Shown: one piece after another, positions 33,378 to 45,991 of the stretch
How the letters are laid out: every line of letters starts with the position of its first letter
Numbering within the stretch: the stretch's first letter is position 1
DNA from: Dudresnaya verticillata
Lineage: Eukaryota
Length of the DNA stretch: 64,000 nt
NCBI GenBank assembly: GCA_977862235.1
Contig: OZ374557.1
Coordinates: 1,984,001 to 2,048,000 of the forward strand
Reading direction: 5' to 3'
Translations under genes and position numbers: made by a program
The notes under the pieces: model-generated
Database searches by the model: none
What the model was told of the DNA's origin: nothing
What the model saw: the letters and a program-made list of their open reading frames with translations, nothing else

Positions 33378-34053
33378 TGTGGTGAAGTGAAAGGCACACC
33401 TGTAAGGAGAGCTGATCAGGCAATCCCAATAAGGACCGATCTCACACGGCACCGGGGTGGTAGAGTTTAGTTCGTAAACCGAAGGGAGTACCTCGAGCGG
33501 CAACACCTGTAAGGAGTAAAGGGACGCAACAGACAAGGGGGACGGTACAGTGCCAGGACAGCTACACCGGGACGGAGGTAAGAGGAATCCGTGCACGGCG
33601 CTGGCGAGGGGAAACCGTAAAGGAGTATGAGGGTAAGACTTACGGTAAGTCACTTTGCCCAGGGTTGCGTACCCGTTTACTGTAGGACTCGCGGTGGCTA
33701 CCCATTAATATACTGGGAGATACGCCCCGCGGTCCAGTCCGTGTGGGCCAGACCCCAATGGGTCTGGTCCACCAGGTGGGTCCGGCCCTACTGGTCCCGG
33801 TCACCATTGCGGACATGCTCGGCATTCTCATTGGCCGGCTGACACTACGTACTGTACAGCATGATTATAATTACCTAGTTACAAATAAATCAACTACCTG
33901 GCTCCTATTGGTGGTGCGCGCAGACTCCAGCAGGGCATACAGTGCTACTGTGTCACTGCACTCCGCTTCGGCTTTTTGGCGCCAGCTCACCGGTGCACCG
34001 GCCGCGGGTCGGCTCAACCATCGTCCGCACTCCGAAACGGCCGCTTCACCACA
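33378..34053 (-). repeat. Solo LTR (676 bp)
   Basis: 10-bp inverted termini TGTGGTGAAG...CTTCACCACA; TSD GAAAT at 33373-33377 and 34054-34058; GTTTACTG motif shared with other LTRs. Confidence 0.92.
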
Positions 34054-34799
34054 GAAATTTATTACGAAGTGATTCTGTCTATGTACTTTACTCCTGCCTT
34101 TACGCTACCTCTGTTCAGCTCTGGTGTGAATTCTGACGGTGGAAGATTTGAAATCAAACTTGTTGATGATGTCGGCGTTGCGGTAGGGTTGCTATTGGAG
34201 CACGCTCGAGATTAAGTAAGTCTACATATTCTTGATGCGGCACTACGTTCACGCCCACTCGTGCAGCCTGTCGTTGCACCCGTAACGGATGCAAATATTC
34301 TTCAGCATCGAGCACACAGCAGACGAAATGGTGCTGGTATGCAAGAAGCGAGTTTAGAGTCATCGCAGTGAAAATGGCTTATCAATCTGTTGAACCTTTT
34401 CCCGCATTGAAATGACTATCTGATACCATGATCAGAATTGTTCCAGCGCCTTTGTATTGGGCCTTCTTCAGGGCCCTAAGGACAGCGATTTACCCTGACG
34501 TAGCGACAGCAATTCCTACACTCCTCCAACTATGTTTGTCCATAGCCAGCCCCGTTCCATCATCGTCACTCCCTGCTTGTATAGATGAACGTCTGGTCAT
34601 CGCGAGTATTCAAACCGAACATTCTCAGCTGAGATTCCCCCTCAGCTTCGTTTAGCATCTCACCCTCAGAGCTTGTTCGGTCAATCTATCTACTGTCTAC
34701 TAGCCGATAAGCATGAGTCGCACCAACCCTGCACGCTCCAAGATCTGGCGCAAACACCGCCATACAGTATTACGTAAAGTAAAGGCTGCGAACATCAGA

Positions 34800-36390
34800 G
34801 CGAGAGTTTTGCGGAACATATGTGGCAAAGTTTAGTGTCCCTGCGCAACAAAGTTGCCTCCGGCTTTGTACGTCGCGTACCAGATTATGAACTGATGGAA
34901 CGCCGAAAACCCGTATGCCACTCCAGTCAAAGAAATCCGCTTTGGATTAGCCGCAACTGTGGCCCCAATCTTGACCTCATACTGCCGCACGAATTGCCTC
35001 TCAATAGACAAGTACCGTATCATTGTGACGTTGTCAACTGCCTCAGTGGCAATTTCGTTTGCTTCGGCAAACCCCATAAGAGACCCAGAATCGATTCCCG
35101 AAACGGCTTGCATCTCAAACTATCTCGTAGTCCCACACCAGGTATAATTTCAAGCATTTCAAGGGAACGCCTCCAACAACTGACGGAGACGACTGTTGTA
35201 CTGGTTGCAATGGCACCCACCACACACAACATAATGCCAAACAAATCACCCTTTAGGCCATTCACAGCCCGGTATTCTGCGGAAAATGGTCCTTTCATTG
35301 CTCCGGGGAACCAACTCGCGAGTGCGTTTTCTTTCCTATCAAGAAACCACTTTCCGGTCGAAGGAGGCTCCTGAATTCCATCTGGCGCAGCTTCTTTGTC
35401 AATTGCTTCCCTGCAACACCCAACACACCGTTTCCAAGAGTATTTCCGAAGAACGCCAAAACGGTAAGGATCACAAAGCCTACGAGCCACGTTCGAAGTG
35501 CATCATCAGTTTTGTTGGTAAGCATTACCAAGAGCACTTGAATGAAGGGTATAGACATTAATGGTAATAAAGTTCCTGCGAGAAGCGACCCAAATGTACC
35601 TAAGGTAAGCAGCAACCATTCATCCTTGTTTAGCTTTATGCTTCTGCGGATAATTCATTTCTCAACTGCCGAGCCCTCCTCTTCTTATATACCATCATTT
35701 CAGTGGGCTTTCTTATTGATCCGGACACGCCTTTGTATTGTCTGATTTGGGCTATGATTTACTTTTACGGTTTCGGTTGAACTGGCTGGGCATCTTCTTC
35801 CGCAAGGTCTTCCTTCTCTTTCTCATTCCGCTTGTCGATCAAACATCCATGCTTTCCTCTCTCCACAACAATCCATCTTGGATACATGAGATTGCATCGG
35901 TGTTCTTTGATAGTTCGCAATCTATGTGCAATCGTGATGGTCGTTCGGCCTGCAGCTGCTTTCTCCGAGGCATCCTGTACTATTATCTCGCCGGCCGTGT
36001 CAACACTGGCATCGGACACATCCAAGAGCATAATATTGGGATTGATTTTTCACAAGAGCTCGAGAAATACATACCCGCTGCTTCTGCCCACTCCTAATCA
36101 TTGCGCCTTGTTCCCCAAACAATGTGCCGTACCCCTAAGGGCGTTTTGAGAGAGAACCATTAGCGTCCAAAAACTTCGCAGCTGGAAAGATCTCATCTTC
36201 TGCAACTTCTCGAGACGTCGCCAAGACCTTCCCAGTATTGGTAATGACAGCCACCCTACCCAATGCAATATTGTAGGTATTTGACGGCCTGAACAAGGCC
36301 CGTGTTTGCCTTATAATATCGATCTGATATCTCGGCGAGAGAACGTTGATATCATGTACGTCCACCCCGTCGAGTAGGAACACATAACAT
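34800..36390 (-). pseudogene. Decayed ABCB/MDR (P-glycoprotein-type) transporter fragment: NBD1, linker, TMD2
   Basis: LLDGVDVHDINV..RYQI, NIALG, Walker B remnant LLD...SVD..GE.IVQ.A..KAAAGRTTITIAHRL.TIK, LGTFGSLLAG, IATEAVDNV; many stops and frameshifts. Confidence 0.88.
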
Positions 36391-37009
36391 GCGCTGTTGA
36401 TATTGAAAGGGGTTGGGTAAAAGCGGTTTTACCCACGGCCTTCTGGCGCTGGGATGCGTCTGGTTAGGCACATTTGCGTGTTCTCATTCTGAAACAATGA
36501 TGTTTACTAGCCAGCTGGGGCACGTTTGCGCGGCCTCCCCCCTATTGGGAGAGCCTCCCAGCAGCAACAGAACTAACCCTTAATTACTATTGTCATGCGC
36601 TTACATTTGGTTATTCGGATAGGCTAACAGCATTGGTTCCTATTACCCTTCAAAGAGAGAGGTACCAATCTGAAAGAAGGGAGGGAGGGCGGGAAAGAGA
36701 GAGGCACACCCGGGAGACTCTGTCGACCTGGTGGGTGCACTCTCGTCTCAAGTAGAGACTCGATGCGGTGGCGGCGACGGCGAGGTGATCCATTCCGGAC
36801 AGCCTGTGATCCAGACCGGATGACCCGAATCCGGATTTTAATGGATCACAGCATCGTACGCGGCGAGACGTGCACACGCATGCATACCCTTGCTATGCAT
36901 TGTCATTACGTTTCATGCGCATGAAGAGGCTCTACACCACATGAAACCCCCCATATAATATCCAAGGCATAAACCGGTGCCACAAGGCGGCGGCAGTCGA
37001 ATCATGCGA

Positions 37010-37590
37010 CTATGGAAGCGGTAGCGGGGCAGGGAAGACCGGCTGCGCTCCCGAAAACCAGAAAGACTCGGCGGTAGTCCGAAGCGTGCGATCGAAATAG
37101 AGATGAGCCATGGCGTCACTATTCGGGTCCCAGCCGAAACGAGCAAGCCGCACCGAGAGCGGGATGCCCAACAATACTTGTTCGGTGTGGGCACCGATAC
37201 GTAACGAATGTGACGTAAATTTCCGATGCAGGGGCGGCTCGAGTGCGAGATGTTGTGAGCAACGCTGAAGGGCATCATTCAGTAATGTCCGTACCGTCTC
37301 TGCGCTCTCCCCAGGAAGGGCGAAGAAGTGACTTATAGGATGTGTTCCACGAACCGCGTCCCAACGGTTCCAAAGGTCAATCGGGGACTGGAGTGACGGT
37401 AAGCGGTCGTACCGTACCAGTGCCACCTTGCTCGCCCGTTGGCCCTTTAACATTGTCAGGCGAGAATCACATGACTCTCCTCCAGGTCCACGTTGACGGA
37501 CAACTGTGAATTCACAGAGCTCTCTCGAAGACCATTAAAACAAAACGACCATACAACCATGGCACAATCACGGATAACTCTGATAGTTGG
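37010..37590 (-). mobile_element. Tyrosine recombinase catalytic domain remnant, DIRS/Ngaro-like
   Basis: GLRESS (upstream frame), KGQR, FTSHSLRIGA, FGW, HLYF give the R-K-HxxR-W-Y set; one frameshift near 37455. Confidence 0.85.
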
Positions 37591-37604
37591 GCTAAGATGT
37601 TTTT

Positions 37605-39215
37605 GTGCTGTACCAAGATACGCAGGTGGATCGCATTGAGCTAGAGAAACTGCCTCACTGCTTCATTAGTGTCCCGCCGTTGTGGCCAGCGTTTGAGGTC
37701 TGCGAGGGGTTTGAGGCTGAACTATCTCCTTGTATCACGCATATTGGCTCCGAGTTGCGGACGGATCTGTATTACCGATGTTGGATTGTATTATTCACCG
37801 AGTGGGTTGTGAACGTCACATACGCATGGATGTGGGAGGTGTATGACACCTTCCGCCGCTATTACCTGCCACCGCGCGTGGTCAGCCTCCTCGGTAGTCT
37901 CGACTAGGTCGAAGTACCTGCTGTCAGCAAGAATTGCCAAGCGTTTTGAGCGTTACGTAATGTGGCGGATAACGTCAACTGGGACGATCCGGCCGTATTG
38001 TCGCCGAGCAACCGTCGCCGTAAGGTGAACCGTTCGCTTTACGCGGTGAGTAGATATAATCCCGCCTGTGGCGATTGGGGTGGTACAACCCTTGGACCAA
38101 ACGTCTTATGACGGATAATATTGCCGGGAGCCATCCTGGAACGGACCGTTTCACGCCTGCGAATCACCCACGCGGGTTACGCAAGAACTGCGACTTCGTC
38201 GGTGATTTCACGCCTCATTTAAGCGCCTTGATGGCGGAGAAGGAGGCGTTCCACGCTAACAGCGGACCCGTTAACTCGTCTGGAACGGCTGTTGTGACGC
38301 CTATAGCGGTTGCGTCTGCTGGGGGGCTGTGCCCCTTCGACCGTTTCGCCAGCGGCCTTAGGATTGGCGGCTATAGCGCCTCTTTGCATGCCGTCGGTTA
38401 CACCGTTAGACATCTCGGCACCCGTCAATGAAGGCGACGGCGATGCCATCATGTTTACGCTAGCGATGGATTATTTCTCCGCTATTGCGCCTCAAAGGGG
38501 GTCGATTAACGTCGCGTACGGTGCGCCCAGGGCCTCTACAGTACCCGAGTGGACTGAGGAGTAGCGCCGCACGGTACTCGCATTCTTGCGGGCCACCGGT
38601 GTCGTTACTGACGGTTTAAGCGGGTCATCCACGACACCACTCGGGCAGTCTCTTCTGGCTGATCTGCAGCCAGGAAGCACTGCGAGGCCGGCGCCGACCA
38701 TCGTCCCGGCTATATCGTTGAGTGACGAAGTTACGTCGTCGAATGACGGAGCGGGGGCAAAACCTTTGTCGCGTAAGGCGGGTGGTGCGGATTCTTCCGC
38801 AGTTACGTCCGCTGACGTTGGTATCAAAGGTCCGCGGTACGTGAGTGCTGTGCGGGGTCTACGACGGTTCCGCAAGCTCAAGCAGCCTCTTCGTCAGTGA
38901 CGGATGTTGAACGTTCAGCGCCTTTGGTGGTAAGTGGGGTCCTGAGGTGCCGGCCCCATCGACGACAGCTAAGGCGTTGAATATGATCCACCGCCAAAAG
39001 CGTGTGCGCTTACTGCTACGATGCCAAAGGCGGTTAATGGGCCCAGCTCTGCGCCTGGTGCGGATGACAAAGTGGCGGGAGGTGCGCCAGACTCGTCGCC
39101 AACGGCGGGTATCGCGACTTCGACAGCAGTAGTAGTGGCGGGTCCCTTGTGCTCCGTCCCCGCGCCTGCTGCGAGCACACCGTCCGTGACGGAATACGAC
39201 CTCCATGAAGAGTAG
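37605..39215 (+). pseudogene. Third copy of the antisense extra ORF (5' truncated), in element B
   Basis: VPPLW..FEVCEGF..ELSP...W....EWV....AWMWEVYDT, CGDWGWYNPWTK, HPRG. Confidence 0.85.
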
Positions 39216-40479
39216 TTAAGGTAATCCGCCAGTGGTGTTGAGGAATACTCCCCAGCGGAACCGTCTGCGACGAGTAAGAAGTAAGGTCATCATATCGTTA
39301 AGAACGGTTAAGGGACGCGAGAGTGTGTTTAGCGTCGCTTTGCCTGCCGCTTGTCGGGGTCGGTGAGCTGGGGTTTCAGAGTTCATAGACGGATAGTGTA
39401 GCGTCCCGTGACGTAGATCATGTTTATTGTTCGTGCGGGCACGGGGTCATCCCCGCTTTGAAACCCGAATAGACTTTGCCGTTGTCGAACGTAGCTGGGT
39501 TTCTTTCCTTTTGTTAGCGACCGTTGCGATAGCGGATAGCGTAGGGCCGACGGATCTCGTGGTTGTTGCCGGTCCACTTAGTAGCGTTTGTCGTGAGTGT
39601 TTGGGGCGGCGGCGCTTCGGCGGCGTTTTGTTACCGCTACAGTAGCGTATGACCTCCTCTGTTCGTCGATATCGCGTAGTACGACTTAGTCGTTTTGTTC
39701 GCAGTTGTGACCGTTGTTTGAGCGCATACGTTGAGAGTGTGCCATTGGCTTCCGTCCTTGACATAGGCGGTGTATGTTTAGTGTCGGTGACGGGTAGTTC
39801 GCGCTATGCGTCGCATCTTAGGAGTGCTTTCCGCGGCTGATGGGCGTGGTTGCCGCGCCTAGCGGCGGAGTCATTTTGCGATTAACGCGTCGAGCATGAA
39901 ACGAAGGCTGACTCCGTCTTCGACTACTGGACTTCCTCTCGTGTTTAGGGCGCCCTTTTGAGACTCGATTCACGTCGTTGACGTTAGTGAGTGTCGTCCG
40001 CGGAGCGTTAGCACGCTCCACCCGTAAGGGTGACGAATTTCGGACTTGGCCGTGGGTGGCGCGTCTCGGTGGGGTCATAGGAGACGGCCTCCCGCTTCCG
40101 TGCTTGCGTCTGTCCCGTGGGCGCTCGTAGTGTCTAGGTATACACTTGTCGGGCCTTCGTTCGTTGGACGCCATTTGGCTGGCGACGCCTCCGCGTTATT
40201 TTTTTCACATTAAACTTTCCCATTTCGTTTGTTGCCCAATTTCGTGTGGTGCATGCGCTCTCCACGCCCCTGCCCACTGTCAGCCTTCCGACCTTACGGA
40301 CCGCCCTCCGAGAAGGTTTGCCCATTCGCGTATCACCAGGCCCAGCCGTTTTTGACGAAGTACATTACAGCACCCTTCATGTGTAACCTGTGCGCTTCCG
40401 TACTACTTCATAGGAGGGTGTCGCATTCACTGTCCCCGAACATGCCTTCCCATTCGCTTCCTGCGCTGTACCCCTGTTA

Positions 40480-43400
40480 GGGTTAACCGCGCTGCGCGTC
40501 GTCGATGTTTGGCGGCAGGCGCGTGTGCTCCCGACGGTGATATCGCAGGATGTGCGATCGCGGTAGGTTGGGCACCGGTTCCCAGGTATTCGCTGAAGCG
40601 GAGTATCAAAACCACTTGAGGGGATATATGATCTCGCCGCCTTCCACGTGTGCGTGTGACTCGTCTTTCAATAACGTACTCCTTCTCGCTTGCAGCGGTT
40701 GAATTTGGGTCTTGCCTTCCCAATGCCTTTGGTGGTTCACTTCGTTGCGTGATGGGCATTTGTGCCGGTTCTGCAAACCGTACTCGACGGGTTGATAGCC
40801 TAAGGCGCTGGGTCGGTGCCTCAAGCGCTTGCGTAGCGGTTTGTTGCTCCTGCGTACAGACGCCTCTCTTCCGGCGGTATCCTTTGCGTTAGCGTGGTCC
40901 TCACCATCTGCATTCGATGCGCTTGAAGCGGGACCAATGTTGGTAGCCGGGGACACCGTGGTTGTGGGTTCCATTCGCATATGGATACCTGGACCCTCCT
41001 CATCTTCGGAGACGGCATTCGGTGAACGTTTGTAGGTGTTGGCGGGAAAGGGTGAAATCTCTGCCAACCCCCTCGACTTCGCGGTGTCGCATTCATACGC
41101 TACTGCGAGTCTTCCGCTATTCGTGGCGTCCCCGTGCCTCCTGCCGGGTCCGAACTTGAGGTGACTGGGGTTCCTGCACCATCGTCTATTGATATGGGGT
41201 AGTGGGCCGATGTCTCTCAGGTGGTCCCGGTGGTTGCATGGTTGTACGAGCCACGTTCCCTGGTGGGGTTGGCGCCCATACCGCACGGTCTCGAGATAAA
41301 TGTTCAAGTTCCCCACGTCCCTTGCCGACGGTGACTGTCTCGTCGTTGACGTGCGTTACTAGATACGGCCCATCCGCCACGGGCACTAACTGGTGCTCCC
41401 GCTCTTCGTAATCGGTGCTCCCGTCACGAGCGAAGCATTTCTTCGGCACGAATGCGAATTCACCCACAGCGAGCTTCTCCTTCGATTTACTCAGGCGGGT
41501 TTCGAAGTTTCGTTCGTAACGCGCTTGTGTCTTCTAGAGCGACGCTTTAGCGGTTCCCATCAGCGCGGCAAGCCAGGTTCTCCAATTGGTGTAGTATTAC
41601 CCGGCGGTGGGCAAGCTTTCAAGCGACGGTTCCGCTTATAACGACAACGGTCGCGGGGGTCCAGACAACAAAAACTCGAACGGGCGAGGTGCGTCGATGA
41701 ATGCAGTTGCGTGGTGTACGAGAACGTCAAGGCGTCGGTGAACAAATCCCAATCTCGTGGGTGGTCCGTTACGCAGTGATGCACGGAGGCGAGGATGGTT
41801 CGATTGAATTGTTCCACCTGGCCATTGCACTGCGGATGGTACATAGTGGTGAAGAAACGCTCCAACCCTAGGAGGCAGCAGATGTCCTGGAACCACTTGG
41901 TTAAAAGCTGTGGCCCGTTGGCGGGCAGCAGCGTCTTGGGTGCGCCATATACAAACACCCAATGCCGAACGAACGCCTTAGCGATTTCCAGCGACGTAAT
42001 ATTACGTAAAGGGACCGTCCGGACCCGTTTCGAGAAGCGATACACGATGACGAGTAGGAACCTATTCCCCGCTAGGTGTGTATGAGCTACCTGAGTACAT
42101 CGATGGAAACAACCTCGAGATGCTCGGTGGCCGGGAATAGTTTCATCTCCTTCACGTTCTTTCGCATCAGTACCCGATTCTTTGCGCAAGTTACGAGATT
42201 GTGGACGGTCGCATAGCAGTCCACCGACACCGACGGCCAATAATATTCGCGCCGGAGCGTATGTCTAGTAGACGTCGGGTCGATCCGACGTCTGATACTC
42301 GCTGGCCCGAAGCCGTCACACAGACCCGTCCATGGGTAGCTGCTGTGTGATAGAGCGTTGTCCGGCGCGTGCGCCCCGCAGGTGTGGATCGATGGCGTCG
42401 ATGCCGGAGTGCGCACGGGGCGTACCGTACGCGGGTAGGCAGCGGCCGGATCCCAGCGTCCCTGTCGAAGGGCGGCACGAAGCCGACGGAAAGGAAAAGG
42501 AAAAGCCTAACTTGGCAAGAGAAAAAGGAGAACCGCCCGCTGGAGTAGAGGAAAGGGATCGAACCCGAAGGGCTAGGGGCAAGCTTCAGCGCGAGCTGTG
42601 GCTTGCCCGGTTTACTGAGCCGTCGGTGTCGGACGCCGTTAAATACCCTACACTATGTACACTACGGTTACTCCACAGTGGGTACGCCCTTTAGCACCAA
42701 TGCGGGAGGTGTGTATGCGCGCGCCCATACACGTGTCGACACGTCCGGGTAACGGCTACCCGTGGACGCGCTCGGAGCGTAACGGGTAGCGGCCCTCCCA
42801 ACGGCTCAATACAGGAGAGCGCCATTGGGGCGCGCCGTTTGCGGCATGGCGCGCGGCCGCTGCCGACGATAGTAAGGCGATCGACAGCGGCTAAAAGCAA
42901 CGAAAGAACTAAGGGCACGCTGCCCAACCACGACTTGCCAGCGGGCGTCGTTGGGTGCACCATTACATTGCGTAGCTGCGCACCTCTTACAGCCGCCACT
43001 GATGGGGTGCTAACAGCTATACTACGGTATGGTATAGCTTCCGCCCTCCTCGGTGTCCTGCCAACTTAGCGTGATGCCGGAGATGGGGCAAACGAACGCG
43101 TAACGTGGATGGTAAGAACACTTGAGGTCGGGGCTCGACGTTTCGGACCAACGGTCGCTGTTAGTCTGTTGCAAACGGTAAGGAGCTTCCTTTATCTAGA
43201 CGTCTCCGAATCTCGCAACTGTACTGGTCGTTGCCCTAAGCATGCGCCAACTATTCATGCATCAATTGACGGAGGATCGTCTCATCCGCCGGCGCCGCGT
43301 TGGTAACCAGCATCTGGTCGAACGCCTCGAACACGCATTCAGAGAAATCGACCTCACCTTTGGCGTTTGTTTGAAATGTCGCCTCCTGTGTTTGAGGAAC

Positions 43401-45991
43401 CGCCTTCCTGCGAGTGGCCCCCGTCCTCGACTTAGCTTTCGTGATAACATGAGATATCATCGTCAATTGGTTCGACGGTTTCGCCATTCGTCTGTAGACG
43501 TGAAAGGGGATCTGGATGAGTATTCACATGAATATGTACCCCTTTTTGTATTTCACGACGAAGTCGAATTCAGAGAGATGAAGGAGCCATCGCATTAACC
43601 GTCCAGAGGGGTCGCTGATTTCCATCAGCCACCTCAACGAAGAGTGGCCCGTATGGACGCCGAAGAACTCCATCTTCAGGTCCGGTCTCAACGTATTGAT
43701 GGACCAAACTACCGCGAGACATTCCTTTTCGGATAACGAGTAGTTTCGCTCCGGAGCGGTTAACGAGCGTGACCAAAAGCCAAGTGGTTCAGCGTAGGGC
43801 TGCGTTTGAAAGAGGCCGCAACCGACTTGGTATTCGCTCGCGTCATTCTACGGAATAGGGGAGACCCTGTTGTGGCAAACCCAGTATGGGCGGGTGTGTC
43901 ACAGCTTCGACAAGTGTGCTGGCTGCCTGGTCTTGCTCCTCTGTGAACGGTTTTAACCGGACGTCTTTCTCCTTCCTCAACAATTTGTTGAAGGGAGCGG
44001 CGACCTGCGCGTATCGCAACACGAATCGTCTATAGACGTTACACGATCCTAGGAAGCTCCGTAATTCCTTATATTCTCGCGGATGCTTAGCTTCGCGTAA
44101 CGCGGCAGTGACCGTATAGTCTACTTCCAATCGTCCCGGACGTATCACGTGACCCAAATAGTTGAAGGTCGGGGTGAACAAGGCACACTCGGTTAGCTTC
44201 AATGTCATCTCAGCCCGATGTAGGGTCGAAAGGATCTCGTCAACGTGACGGAAGTGACTATAGATATCGTTAGAGAAGATGATCAAATCGTCAAGGTATA
44301 AGAGATATGAGCGCCACTTGTAGCCAGCAAGCAAGGTATCAAGAGTCCGTTGAAACGTGGCGGGCGCGTTCGTAAGAACGAAAGGCATATGCTTATAACG
44401 GAATAACCCGACATGGCACGTGAAAGCCGTCTTGTCGAGATCTCTCGGATTGATGGGCACCTTCCAGTAACCACTATCACCTTCTAGGGTAGTGAAGACA
44501 TTCGCTTCATCTAGACGGTCAATACATTCGTCAATACGTGGAAGAGTGTACGTATCTCGTACCGTCACCGAGTTTAAGAAACGGTAGTCAACGCAAAAAC
44601 GGAGCGTACAGTCCTTTTTGGGAGCAAAGACGACCGGGACGGCCATGGCGATTGTGTGGGTTAGATAAACCCCTGACGCAACATGGGATCCATCTCCGTT
44701 TGAGCAAGTTGCCTCTTTTTTGGGCTAGAGCGATAGGGTAGGGATGATATTGGCCTTGAGCTGGGGAGCAAGTCGATATAGTGCTCCGTGGTTGCGATTT
44801 CTCCTAGCGAACCGTCACACATTGACGAGTACCTGCGTAATATCTCCTTCAGCCGGCCTTGATGTTCGACTGAGAGATGCCGCAAGTCCAAATCGTGCAC
44901 TGACAGGGGATTAGCTGCAGTCTCTTCGATCGACTGAGCGAACGTATCCGGCTGTGCCCTTACTCCATCATTCGTTCGAAAACGGAAATCGTGATTCGCC
45001 TGTTCCCCCGCTGCCTGTTCCTCGGTTATACCTAGGACATCGGCCAGACTTATGTAACTGGGGAACACTACTGTGGGGGTGTGGAAACGCAGTAGCGACG
45101 AGTTGCCCTTTGAAGAGCGCTTGCGGACGTGGGGAAACGTTTGTGACTAGGATGCGGAACACTTTCAGTGGCTCAACTTGAACGACCCCGCTGGTAACGC
45201 CCGAAGCCTGTAGATCGTATAACGTTCCAAACTGTTGGATTTTAATAACTCCTGCTCGCTAGTTTTTTACCGAAATCCCCATTTGCGCCTGGGACGGGAT
45301 GATCGTTCATGCCGCAACCCGTATCTTGGGCGACGTTCGCCTTCCGGCTGTGCAGTACTCTTGTTCCGTTGGAAACGGGGGTACGACTGGGGCCGGTGCA
45401 GCGGGTGGCGCGTTATAAGGACGCGGGTTCCGTTGTCTAACTCAATCTCACGACTGCGACGATAAATTGCTTCGACAAGGCGGTGGCAAAAGTCGCAACC
45501 GAGTATAACCGGCGCAGCGAGCCGTTCACAAACGATTAGCTCCAACTCTACGTTCCCTCATCCGAGACGTACGACTAAGTCGATGGTACCACGGGTTTGA
45601 ATCGCCTTTTTGTTAGCGTCTGATATGACGCAGAGACCCTTGGATACGATCCGTGGGCATACTTCTAGCGGTATGTCGTCAATGCGAATGAAAGTCGGAC
45701 CAGACCCCGTGTCGAGGAAAGTACGTTTTCGTGCCGAGGTACCAACGGTTGCGCCCAGGTCGGCGTATACCCTGTAGTTTCTTTTGGCCACTACCTACCA
45801 CTGTCCCTGCCTGTGGGGGGCTGGTAACTACACCATGGGCGCTTTGAAGACGTCTACGACGACTCTATCGGCCTGTCGGCGTATTCTTTAACTACGTGCG
45901 GGGCCCTTCTTCCTTTTCAACACCAACGGGGAGGCCTTTCTTCGTGTTGTGACACCCCAGTGTCCGTATTTGGTACCCTAATTGGTTTTTT
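40480..45991 (-). pseudogene. pol: pol of element B, interrupted by a solo LTR in integrase
   Basis: ORFs 45558-45791, 45267-45545, 44661-45068, 43843-44646 and 41560-42240 are homologous to element A pol. Confidence 0.9.
42264..43026 (-). repeat. Solo LTR (763 bp) inserted in element B integrase
   Basis: TSD GTATG at 42259-42263 and 43027-43031; degenerate T(G)TAGTA...TACTAC(A) ends; removal restores GGRKLYHTLRREYYWPS. Confidence 0.88.

Noticed and set aside
36400..36600. Hammerhead ribozyme
   Set aside because: No CTGANGA...GAAA core with suitable stems found by eye
37010..37590. Phage or integron integrase (bacterial contamination)
   Set aside because: HSLRIGA..GW..Y pattern and TE surroundings fit eukaryotic YR elements; no prokaryotic genes nearby
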